From: Oculina patagonica
Lineage: Eukaryota
Length of the DNA: 64,000 nt
Assembly (NCBI RefSeq): GCF_052425735.1
Contig: NC_135768.1
Span: 22,940,001-23,004,000 of the forward strand
Direction of reading: 5' to 3'
In this document: positions 13,401 to 24,019 of the stretch, piece after piece
How positions within the stretch are numbered: position 1 is the stretch's first letter
Layout of the letters: each line of letters begins with the position of its first letter
Notes under the pieces: generated by a model
The model's database searches: none
What the model saw: only the letters and a program-made list of their open reading frames with translations
Told to the model about the DNA's origin: nothing
Program-made: the position numbers and the translations under genes

Positions 13401-15145
13401 CTTTTGATAACATGCGAACTCTGTAGTATATGACTTTACCAACATTATAAACTGTTGCATTTTATTTGTCTGTCATTCACTTTTAATGGATTCAAAAGGT
13501 CACATCCATGTGCTGTGATTGGTAGATTTCTATCCATATTTGTTTCTTTTTTTGTGGTCCATTGATAGTCATTGTAAATATGATTGATGGCAGTGTACAA
13601 CTTCAGAGAGCATGCATGACTTCTACGGATGTGGTACTGATCGAAATGCATAGTTATAGTGCTTTAATCTGGGCATTAGGCTTTTTCAATTAACTCTTAA
13701 TCACTGGTCCTGGGGAAACAGTTGATTTTGTTTCCCAAGAATCTCTATCCAAATGCCTTGGGAAACGTTAGATTCAAGGGAAACAAAACTAACTGTTTCC
13801 GTCTGGACCAGTCATTGAGTGATTTGTTATATAGCGCAATGACGATATTTAATGAATGACCATCCTCGGCCAGAATTCGCAGGTAACAGTGCACTGTTAC
13901 CCTCTGATGTCATAGATTTTGCAAATATATTACCCGCTTGGAGACCCTTGGTGGAAAACAGTTCTATTTAAAATTAGACTACGAGCCCGAGTTTTCTATG
14001 AGACAATAGTAAACGAGGCGCAGCTGAGTTGACTATCGCTCATAGAAAATGAGGGCGAGTAGTCTAGTAATTGTTTTAGTAGAAACTGTAAAGAATTGTT
14101 GTCTAATATTATTGTAGTCAAAAACCTACAATTTTATGTACTTTTAAGCCAAAAATCAAGAAAAATTGACCCTGTAAAGAGCAACATGCCCGCAATTGTG
14201 TTCTATCGGCGAATAGAAAACAATGGGAGAACCAATCAGATTCGCGGATTTCCAATATAACACGGCTGAGTTTCTACTAATTAATGTTTGATATCACATG
14301 ATCTCCAAGTACATGTAGCAAATGAGACCCCAATATGCTCAGTGTTGGGGAAAAATTCCAGCAAATTAACAATAGGTATTGTTATATATATATGTATAGC
14401 ACTGTACAGACACCTCTATATTATGAACAGTTCACTTGGTCCCGGGGAAACCAGAAACTAAATATAAATCAGTCTACCTATATAACACACCTCCAAAACA
14501 CAGACACTCAGCTCAGCCCACTGGTTTCTGTATTAAGAAGGTTTGACTGTATTTAAACTTATATTTGGATTTCTAGCAAGATACCTCAGTGGCCACTTCT
14601 CACTTACTTTACTTTGCATATGTCAGAAATTTGTTAATCAGATTTAAGCTTATTACTTAGGCAAGTTTTTTTGAACTATACTTGCAGGCATGACACACAA
14701 TATAGACCCCACAGTGACGAATATTAATGCAAAGTGGGCAATGAGAAAGATCATAGCTGCAATCGTGCAGAGTCAAGAAATGTATGAAATCAATAAAAAC
14801 TACATGTACATGCGATATGTTTATGACAGTACATGCAGTAAAGTTTATTAACACTGATAACAACAACACATAGCTGAGAACATCAATATCCTTACCTTGT
14901 ATTCCTAACAGTTTATTTCTCAAGTCATTCCTGTTGATAGCGATCAGTTTTGAAGCTAAGAAATCGCGGTTTTCCTCAGAAAGCATGTTCAGTTGTTCCA
15001 GGGCAGAGAAGAACTCGAATGGTCGAGTTATCTTCTCTGCTCTTCCAGCAGGGATAACCTCTCGGCAAAGAAATTTCAGCCCCTCAAGGTCTGAAGATGT
15101 CAAGCTATTGGATAGCTCCAGTAAAAGGCCTCTATAGCTATTCAT
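4319..15145 (-). CDS. DED + death domain (FADD-like) - Pro-rich linker - MAP3K/STE11-like Ser/Thr kinase fusion, 12 coding exons, about 730 aa
   Basis: Exons 14896-15145, 13303-13341, 12419-12709, 12115-12186, 9501-10264, 9193-9279, 8147-8272, 6680-6809, 6213-6286, 5923-6035, 5228-5389, 4319-4403. All introns GT-AG with compatible phases; 2193 nt, no internal stop. Kinase motifs GSGGFAKV, AVK, HKDIKGGN, DFG, HWTSPE, DIWSVGC, RPSAAELL. Confidence 0.82.
4512..4680 (+). mobile_element. tRNA-derived SINE-like repeat in the last intron
   Basis: tagctcagttggttagagcg...ggttcgattcccg tRNA-like head at 4512-4585 with an irregular anticodon arm, then an AT-rich body. Confidence 0.65.
4838..5110 (-). 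mobile_element. SINE
   Basis: The minus strand begins with a tRNA-like head (ggaggcgtggtgacctaatgg...ttcgagtcttggccggg), continues 'ttgggcaagtcactttactctcacagtgc' and ends in a (cttt)-like tail. Confidence 0.7.
5444..5835. repeat. (GGA)n purine-rich low-complexity tract, intronic
   Basis: Directly visible; it generates the spurious poly-P/G/S/L ORFs. Confidence 0.95.
6930..8040. repeat. Tandem repeat of about 105 bp (aaagtactgc...gaatggtcacacactagggtttcatccacagacttaaaagttagaaccaccttgtacagc), interrupted by a LINE fragment
   Basis: Several diverged units at 6930-7298 and 7900-8040. Confidence 0.8.
7299..7895 (-). mobile_element. 3' fragment of an L2/CR1-group LINE
   Basis: ORF2 C-terminus 'HITPILSRLHWLPV...RYNLRS...FGDRAFAKAGPSLWNELP...FKSQLKTFLF', AT-rich 3' UTR, (TTA)n tail. 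Confidence 0.88.
8846..9080 (-). mobile_element. SINE (related partial copy at about 62727-62815)
   Basis: The minus strand has a B-box (ggttcgattccggcc); 'agaggaagccacatcagc' end shared with the copy at 62727. Confidence 0.6.
10394..10460. repeat. (TCAA)n microsatellite
   Basis: Directly visible. Confidence 0.9.
10597..11420. mobile_element. Non-autonomous DNA transposon, hAT-like termini
   Basis: Short TIRs caagccttctgat / atcagaaggtctg and tgcgat subrepeats; a diverged inverted copy lies at 38777-39566. Confidence 0.65.
11612..11808. mobile_element. MITE (related copy at about 48946-49142)
   Basis: Imperfect TIRs tgtg..ttccagaaaatat(c)cat / atggatattttctggaactgcaca. Confidence 0.6.
12419..12709 (-). 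CDS. Exon 3 of the fusion gene: death domain
   Basis: DLVEDLSTSWRMLGRRLGLSEGVIKNIDSEH...AMFDEWKNRRTNDATMHALREGLEKIGRRDLSEKV; tag| acceptor and |gtgag donor, both phase 1. Confidence 0.88.
14896..15145 (-). CDS. Exon 1 of the fusion gene: death effector domain (DED)
   Basis: MNSYRGLLLELSNSLTSSDLEGLKFLC...FSALEQLNMLSEENRDFLASKLIAINRNDL, with the RxDL motif; phase-1 donor G|gtaagg. Confidence 0.88.
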
Positions 15146-15213
15146 TTTATCAGTGTATTTTGACTAAAACTGCCATTAAAACATCAAGACATTGAAGTCT
15201 GTGCAGTTTTTAC

Positions 15214-15290
15214 GGGAAATGTCCCACTTTGAGCTCACGAAGCCTCATGGGAGGAATAACATTTACTTCCGCTTTTCTTCCGCTTCCGGT
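15214..15290 (-). promoter_or_regulatory. Candidate proximal promoter of the FADD-kinase gene: tandem ETS-like CGGAAG motifs and a kappaB-like site
   Basis: The minus strand reads aaccggaagcggaagaaaagcggaagta and GGGACATTTCCC, 70-145 bp upstream of the ATG. Confidence 0.35.
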
Positions 15291-16278
15291 TTAACGTGTA
15301 GGTCTCAGGTCCTTCGCTGCTGTGATAGACCCAAATGACGTACTAACTCGATTTCTAACAGTTTCGGGTGCTGGTTTTTCCGGAGTATAATTTTCCCGAG
15401 TCTAGCAAAAACGTAAAGAGACGTGTATTTAATTTGCGAATCATGTGCGCAAAACAAGGAAATACTGGAAAAGTACAAAGGCCTGGTAAATCTAATAATT
15501 ACAGATAGCATAAAAATCGAAACTTTGATAAATGTACTACGGCTTAGGGTGATTAATAAGATGAAGAAGGGACGGACCATTATTTTCCTGGAGGGAGGGG
15601 GAGGGATGAAAAATGTTGAAAAAAAATGTTTGCGGGACCTAAAAAGACAAAATAAAATGCTTGCAAACACGATATGTATAAAAAAAAATAGTTTGCATTT
15701 CGAAAAAAAATGTTTGCAGAAGTGCATAAATTTAAAAGCAAAGTTTGCAGAGGAAAATTTTTTATACCTCCTTCCAGGGAAATAATGTTAAAGGATTTCA
15801 TCTCTGTTTTACTGAAACTTTACCGTTCAGTTTTACCAGGAACGGCGTTAAAGAAGGAATTCGATATAACGGGGTACCACTATATCAAAAGATATAGCTG
15901 TACCACAAACAAAAGGGAGAACAAATACTAAAGTTTAAAGGAACTGTGTATGAACGTTTAACGACAGTAAAGAGATGAACGTCAATAACAGGTTTCTTGG
16001 CAAACAGCCCCCCCCCCCCCCTCCATGTATTAATTTCAGTTTTGCCTGATGTTTTGAGAACTAATTTACATTAATTCTCAAAACACTCATTACTCTGGTG
16101 GTTTTGGGCGAGCTGCATTCAAGGGGAGGAGGGTGAGCCTTCGGTTTGGCTCCACCCCGGTGCTGTGGTATTGCCTTTTTCGGTAAACAATGTGCGGATC
16201 ACGTAGGATTTTAATGAACAGTAAATAGTAGATCAGAGTTTAAAGAAGCGATATCTTTCTTGTTTTCTTTCTTTTTTT

Positions 16279-16697
16279 CCGGGGGGTACTCCCTATTATG
16301 GCCTATACGGGGAGGCTCCGCCCGAAAGGGGTACCTTTTTCAGGCTTAAGGTATATGAAAGGGTAGGGATTTCACAAGTTTAGGTATATGAAAGGGTATG
16401 GAAATCTGTCGTTTAAGTATTTAAAAGGGCCTTTAATTAAAATATTTCGAACAGACGCAATTTACGGCTGTATTATTTTAATTTATTAAGCGCTACATGA
16501 AAATAGCAAGAAAACGTCCTGTTCTAATTCTATGCCATGTCTTTTAGGTATATGAAAGGGGTACCTTTTTTCAGTAATAGGTATACGAAAGGGGTACAAT
16601 TTCTGTCAAAAATGGTATATAAAAGGGTAAGGGGTCAGAGCTCGGGGCGGAGCCTCCCCGTATAAAACTTTTTTGAGTGCCCCCCCCCCCCCCGGGG
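16279..16697. mobile_element. MITE-like dispersed repeat (inverted copy at about 46518-46899)
   Basis: ccggggggtactc...gagtgccccc...ccgg ends; internal tatacggggaggctccgccc inverted repeat; two copies in the window. Confidence 0.7.
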
Positions 16698-17321
16698 TTT
16701 TCGTCTGTCGGCTACCACTGACATTTACCAACAGGAAACAAGTTAAGTTAAAAATCCATACCATTGAAAAGAGCTGTCTAAAAAGAGCGTCTTATCCTAC
16801 TCACTACTACATGTAATACTTTCGATACTTACAAAAAAATTTTAACTTTTTTTTCAAAAGTTAAATGTTCTATTTACAGAACTGAATACGGAAAAATAAA
16901 ACCAGCTTAAAAAGTCTGCGTTGCTGCACAGAAAAAAAAAAAACAATGTCTTGCCCATAGCTTACTCCTGCGCATGCTACGTAGGGTATACTAATTTAAA
17001 GCTATACAATCTGTAAAGTTATTTCATTAAATGCATTTAAAAAGTCATTGGTTCTCTTTTCATTATTCTTTTATGCTTTACGTATATCTATATTTGTTTT
17101 ATTTTTTATTTTTCTTTTATACTTTTGTTCACTTATACTCGCTTGTACTCGTGTAATACCAATACGTTGGCACCATTTGACAAGTAAAACCAGTTTAATA
17201 AATTGATAGAGAGATCACGCGTCACGTTCTTTGGCAGACAGCAAACATTTTCTTTCACTTGATTCCTGTTCTTTTTTCCTCTAATTTGTAGATTACCCCA
17301 TCAGAAATTTAGAAAAATTTG

Positions 17322-18341
17322 TCATGAAATCAATAACAAACACGAAACTAAAACACCTAACGCAAAACTAAAAAACAAACGTGAATCGATTTTACAGCGG
17401 AAGGTTTTGTAACTGACCCACATGACCCAAAATAACAACAAGAGAAATAAATAAACTGACCACACACCGAACCAAAACTGAGGTGCTAATATTATTATCG
17501 ATCCTATTATTACAGCAATTATTCCATGCACAATCGCTCGCAAACACTTATCAAGCTCAGACAATATCATAGCTAAAACGACTGCAAGTGCTGCATATGA
17601 TATTACTACCAAGACATGCTTCTTCCAATCGTTATAACCCTTTTCATCCATGAGATTATTCTCTGTGGACCAATCAACTGCCACTCGGCCCATTAATACT
17701 AACAAGCAAGATTCATATTCAACTTGTAGTTCCTTCCGTTTCTGGTGATAATGAACGGGGTATACAGGGTTTTCCTTTAATTGGAAGAAGTAGTCGATAT
17801 ATTTAGTTGTGATTTGATCAATAACATCACAACTTTCTTCTGTTGTAAGTTTCTCATTGTTTTCCTCCCGAAAAAAGAACCCCTTAGTTTCCTCTTTAAC
17901 TGTGATATTATGAAAAACATCTCTAAATTTCGGAATTAAAAAATTGGAAAATAAACGATAATGCTCATCGTGTTGCTTGGCTATATTTCTTCGATCACCC
18001 TTTACTGTGCCTTGTTGTCCATAAGTATCCTGTCTGTCTTGTGTTGGGGTTGCCTGGTTGCTGGATAACAGCTTGTTTAAGACCAGGTCTAACAAGCTAC
18101 GTAGAAATCTCTTATCTAAACGTTCGCTTATTCTATTTTCACGAGGAGCTACATTCTTCCTAACTTCTGTTACACAATTTGTCAGTAATGTTTTAATTTC
18201 ATAAGTGTTAGAATCTTTAAATAGTTCGTTAACTTTAGAAGTAAGACAATCCTCAAACTCATTTGGAGTGAGTCCTCGTTTGTTAAAGATGAACGGCTTG
18301 GCTGGCTGCATCAGGAGCTGATTTAATCGCTTGTTCTTTAA
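17322..18341 (-). CDS. Uncharacterised protein with 3-4 C-terminal hydrophobic helices; probably the terminal exon of a spliced gene
   Basis: Stop-free frame of about 1 kb in AT-rich DNA, tttacag acceptor at 18342, hydrophobic C-terminus. Upstream exon structure unresolved. Confidence 0.55.
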   Translation of the reverse strand, partial: LKNKRLNQLLMQPAKPFIFNKRGLTPNEFEDCLTSKVNELFKDSNTYEIKTLLTNCVTEVRKNVAPRENRISERLDKRFLRSLLDLVLNKLLSSNQATPTQDRQDTYGQQGTVKGDRRNIAKQHDEHYRLFSNFLIPKFRDVFHNITVKEETKGFFFREENNEKLTTEESCDVIDQITTKYIDYFFQLKENPVYPVHYHQKRKELQVEYESCLLVLMGRVAVDWSTENNLMDEKGYNDWKKHVLVVISYAALAVVLAMILSELDKCLRAIVHGIIAVIIGSIIILAPQFWFGVWSVYLFLLLLFWVMWVSYKTFRCKIDSRLFFSFALGVLVSCLLLIS

Positions 18342-19006
18342 CTGTAAATGTAAGATATGAGTGAAAGATAGTGAACGTTATGGGATATCGGCAAATATAT
18401 GGCTAGCAAGTTAATTTTGTTATCTGTCATGCGAACTGATTGTTTTAGTCCAGCAAAGTGCTTCGTAAACAACAAATTTCTTTAAGATGTAGGTATTAAA
18501 ATGCGTACCGTTAAAAAATTTGTTCAATAATGAATCTTGCAGCTCAAACTTGCAGAGTACTATCTGTTTTTAGCCAACTCGGCTTACGGCCTTGTCGGCA
18601 AAGTAACAGGCGATATTCTTAATTAATGACTTCCACTCGGATAAATAACCAATAGGACCAATAGCCTTCATGCGCGCTATATACATATCTCGACCGAGGT
18701 TTGGGGCAAGAGACGGAAGACGTTTCAAAAAGAAAAGCTTAAAAATTGCTTATTTTATGTAGGCCCTGTGCAAATTTACTCATCATGGTCTTATCGCGTA
18801 TTTTAATGTGTTAACTAAAAAAGTATCATATACCTTTCTTCAAAGCAGCTGTCAAAGTTGAGGGGAACTCCTTTCCCCTGTTGAGTACGGGCCGCGCTAT
18901 TGGTCGACTACCACACGGCATTCATACAGATTACCTTCAGTCGGTATTAAAGTTCTAAGATGTTAACAGGGGAAATAATAAGTGTAATGTGAATCGAATA
19001 TACCCT

Positions 19007-20500
19007 CGTTCACAGACGTTTTTAGGGGATTCGAAGGAGATGGAGTGCAGAACTAAGACGACAGCGAGCCTATTAAATTACTGGTAACTAGAAGATGATA
19101 CTAGAAAGAATCAAAAGAGAAAAGAAAATTTCTTAACAACTTTTGAATAACTTTGTTTTAAACTTTTTTTACAATGTTAATAGTAACGTGACAATTGTGA
19201 TTTATGTATCTAAGCTGAAAGCGAGTTAATTGTGGTAATAGTCGTTCCTTTAGTTACAAGCTAACTCGATCAGTGGAATTGAACTAAAATAATATATGCC
19301 GGTGAACTTAAATGCTTCAAAGTAAGATGAAAACAATACATTGCGGACAAATTGAACAACTTTTTGTCCTTGAGGTTACACTAAAAATATTATTATTCCG
19401 GAAACGAAACGGAAAAACACCGGTTACAACACTGATCTACATTTTGCCGTGTGGGGAGTACGAGAAGGGCATTAGGCAATTGATTACACTTAAACTAAGT
19501 AAAAGATATGGTTCTTCTAGCGTATGTGGAAGGATTTTCCACAACTGTGCCTCGCTATGGCAGAGTCGACTTCATTCCTTCGCAGACGTTTTTAGGGGAT
19601 TCAAAGAAAATGGAGTGCAGAACTAATTGTATCACTGAAATAATAAAACACGACAGCGAGCCTACAGGACAGAAAACCAAGTTAAGTGCTTCAGAGAAGC
19701 TGGTTTTAAAATATTTTGCCGACTTAAACCCAGAAAATTAAATGACAGCTAACTTTGCATTGTTAGGTTTTAAGCGATTTCAATAAAGAGATTTAAGGGC
19801 CTGTTTACACGTTTACCCTTGGCGAGCCAACTTTCAGGGCCCGCGCAGCAAAAATTTGAGTGAGGGGAGTGAGCCAGTTGGGAGTTCCGGGGCCATGTCC
19901 CCCCCCCCCCCCCCCCACTTCCCCAGCGTTAAATGTGGATTTTTTTTTTATTTTTCTAAGATACCGGAAAATGCATTTGGAATACAAATAAATTCAAACG
20001 TTCAGCGCTTAAAAAATGTTGCACTGAAAGAATCGCTTTTCCACAAAACTTAAGCTACACAAAGACAAGACCTTTACTCACCATGCTGAATTATCGGTAA
20101 CTATAAGATAATACCAGACGAATAAAAAGAGAAAAGACATTTACTTTCAAATTGTGGTAATAGTAATTGCTGTTACTTTAGTTACAAGCTAACTCAGTGG
20201 AATTTGAAGTAAAAATAATATATGTAAACTGAAATGCTTCAAGGTAAGATGAAAACAATGCATTGCGGAAAAATGAACACGTTTTTGTCCTTGCGGTTAC
20301 ACTGAAAATTATTATTCCGGAAACGAAAGGGAAAAAACACCAGTTACAATCACTGATCTACATGTTTGTAGTGTGGGGAGTACGAGGGGGGGGGGGGGGC
20401 ATTAGGCAATTAATTACACTTTTAAACTGAGTAAAAGATCTGGTCCTTCTGGCGTTACGTGGAAGGCTTTTCCACATCTGTGCCCCATTGTAGCAGAGAC
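19007..20500. repeat. Local direct duplication (about 19007-19565 versus 19578-20500)
   Basis: Shared blocks 'cagacgtttttaggggattc...atggagtgcagaactaa' and 'tttagttacaagctaactc...aaatgcttcaa...ggggagtacgag'. Confidence 0.7.
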
Positions 20501-22141
20501 TTCGTTTTGGGAAACGGGGGCTTGGGTAGAGCTAACTTATTCACCTTGTCTCTTTGATCGCGTTCTGTGCTGAATGGTATTAAACATGCCTTTGTAAACC
20601 TTGCACGTTTGTTGCGGTAATGTTTTTGCATCATTTATCATTTATTCTTGATAAATTAAAGACTTCTACTACTATATTATGAATAAGTTGTAATAACAGA
20701 AGAGGTATAGAAAGCTCAATCCGAGACTTAAGGAGACGGCGAGATCCTTGTTTTAAGATTCTATACCGAAACGTTACGGTTAATAGACTTAATAGAATTT
20801 CCGCGTCCGAGAGTCGCATGTAGCGCGGCCATGTGCCATATTATTCAAACACTGAACAAACAACAACGTGCACGTGGTAAAAAACTCCGATACGCCTAGA
20901 CGGAGGCTCCCAAATTTTGAGATTACAAGAAGCGTATAATTCCAATTAATTTCGAGATTTCGAGACTTCAGTTAAAAAGACGAGATTTCGAGACTTGGCC
21001 AAAGCTTAATCAGGTCTCCATTCTGTACCTAACAAAGGGAGTCTATACCTAATATAGAGAGTCTATGACAGTAACGTACCTTGAATTGATAAAGTAGTTT
21101 GGAAAGTCACGCCGATCTATTCGATAGAATCTAGGCATTAATTATTACATACTAATCGTGCAAATATTCTAAACACAGAAATGTTATTTGCATACCTTTC
21201 TTCCAAGTAGCTGTCGACTCTGATCGTTCTAAAATAGCTTAAAATGAAGCCTTCTTTCACTTTTTGAGTTTTTTAAACAACCGAACTTAGGCCAACCTAG
21301 AGCCTGATAGTCTTAATTTCACCACAGCGCAGAGGAGTCTTTTTGACTTTGAACTTGGCCACGTGCGGAAGTAGTTGATTACGGTGACGTCAGGGCGAAC
21401 AAAGCGTGGAAAATCGAAGCCTCTGGAAAATACAACTGAACCGTTCTCAAGCGCTTTTTCCGTTTTCCAGCTTCAAAACAGAGGCCTCCCGCTTCAAATT
21501 TAAAACATTGCAAATAACGAGAATTGCATGAGAATAGGATCCTTACAGAAGAGAGAGTTAAAGGGACATGGTCAGCGTTGTCACAAATGTCTTTTTTTCT
21601 GATTATTTCCAAATTGATGGAAACCTCAAAAAATAGTTGTGTAATGTTGAAAAACAACACAGGAGCAATCAAAACCCGAAAATAACCAAGGATGGTTTCG
21701 TCTGACGAAGATTAAGACGAATTACGGCTGAAAAACTTGAAAAACTTGCCATTTTTTTTTCATAGATGAGTTTTCCTTGACTGAGCTCCTTTAAAATTAG
21801 AACGGAGAGGTTCTTCAAGACATTTTTTCACTCTTAAATGTGGTACATGTATAACGATCTTTCTTCAAGTAACTGATTTCTGGCCTGTACGCAAACGAAA
21901 CGAAACCACAGACATTTGCTTACGGTTAGCTTTTACTACGGTTTGCTTTTATATATTTGTTGGGAAAGTTTCGTTTCTTTCGTTTCGTTCCGGGTTTTGT
22001 ACGTGCCCTGATTTCGGACTTAATGGAACACCCCATCGCCCCTGAAAAGAAAGGCGTGAATAAATTCGCATATTGACACTTGTCTCCATACCTGCTGCTA
22101 TTAAAAAACCGAATGTACTCAAATAAGCGCTGTGGCGCTTA

Positions 22142-22510
22142 TAAATTTGGTACATTCGTCTTTCAGGGTCTGGTAAATTTCGGGTACATGCTTCGCATAG
22201 AAGCACTCCGTAGCTGTACACATCGATCTATAAAAGACAACATTCCATATTAAACGTTTTGTAACACAAACAGCAATGGATAAAAAAATACAGTAACTGA
22301 CCTCTATTTGCCTCACTTATTAACACCATTCCTAGATTAATCGTATTGGGTAGTGGAAAAAGTTCCCTGATAACTAAATTCACTAGAAATATATTTCAAA
22401 GGAGATTTCAACAGACGAAAGAGCATCCTAAGCCTGAAAACTAAACATGGTATTTCAAAAATCATTTACTTGCGTTGTCTTAATCCCCGTGCCCATACAA
22501 GTCATAGCTT
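22142..22510 (-). pseudogene. Truncated duplicate of the TKL kinase last exon with its upstream intron
   Basis: IDVYSYGVLLCEACTRNLPDPERRMYQI (22142-22227) is a paralogue of 26367-26570; intron 22228-22510 matches 26571-26835. Confidence 0.8.
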
Positions 22511-24019
22511 ATTTATTTAGTGTTATCTGTTACTAAGTACGAACGAGTTTGGCTTTGTCTTCTGAATCCTAATTCTGCTCTAGGAAGATAGGGTCAGTGA
22601 CTAGTTTTCTCCACTCTGTTTCGTCCGAGGTACCCACAGGTAAACACGAGTGGACAGGTGAAAGCGTTTCACGTTTGGTTACTTTCCACTAGTACAAGTT
22701 AATCAGTAAAACAACAAAAGAGTTCAGCGTTTTTTTAACTAGTTTTATTAGTGCAAATTGTTATGCAAAACGTTCGTCGTTCAAAAAAACCTCAACTTTT
22801 TATGGTTTAACACCAAGAAAAGCAACCAAAAGCCTTAAGATAAACACAACTCACGGACAGCATCTATGTTTTTTTCAACACGATATTCTACTGTTTTTGG
22901 AGTAAAATCACATAAAATGTTCTGAGCATTTTGCATGGATGTCTATTTTAATTCACAATAAATTTGGCTACCTTGTCACTCTGGTGCGTTATGTGAGGTC
23001 TTGCACCAAGCTACTTCAACTTTCTCCAAGAACCCTAAGCTCCCCTAGCAATATACTCGTGTTACAACGTCACGTCACACAAGGTCAAAAAAGAAATAAA
23101 CCAAAACTATCTTTGAGACTATTACAATTCCAGCATCAATAACCGTAATGAGATTTAAGCAACCATTTATCGGCATAGATTAATGTGTTGAAGCGAGTTT
23201 TCTTGGGGAAACTAGCGACTCTACTCCAACACTCAAAGCCAAATCATGATATCAAGAATTTGCTGGATCTTCTTTAATGTGATACACTAGTCTCTGGTTT
23301 TACAATTCTTTCTCTGACGTTTTACAGTTGTTCGATTCTTTTTGTAAGCTAATTTTACAAGGAGTTTTCTCATAGTTTACATCAATGCTAATTTTAGCTA
23401 GGTTAGCACGTCCAGGCTAGAATTTCCAGGCTCAGAACCAATGAAGGGTAGCGGTGGTTACATCAGAAAATCTTAAGTAATATAATTAGAGAAGTTTTAA
23501 GCTAGCGGATTGGCTATAACGGTGAATAGCTAATGAGCTCGAAAAGAAGGCAGATTTGGGCTAGGTCGAAACCAATTGCAAGCGAAGCGTACGAAGTTTT
23601 TTTTTCATAGCCCTGCTAACTGAAGCGAAGGGCGTAGGCGACTAAAATAACAGGTGGAAAAACTAAAACTAACAAGCGTTCGAAATATTAGCGAGTGACA
23701 ACTGATCGGATATCCCGCATTGGTTCTGGCCATTGGAAAGTTCAAATTATTTTTACTGGAAATCCTATTTACAACAGATATTCATTATAGCTAAAAGTCT
23801 TTATAGAGGTTTACATCAAGTTTACTAATGCGCTAAAAACAACAGGTAGCTTAACCATAGCAGGTGACCACAAGCGCTAACTAAGATACCAGCTTTTCTT
23901 TTTACCAACAATAAACCCTCAAAAATCGTAAGATGATATTCCAAAACAATAAATTATATTTCCCAAACAAAATCCCCGATACCACAATAAGTTAAACAAG
24001 ATAATATTAAAATATTTAT

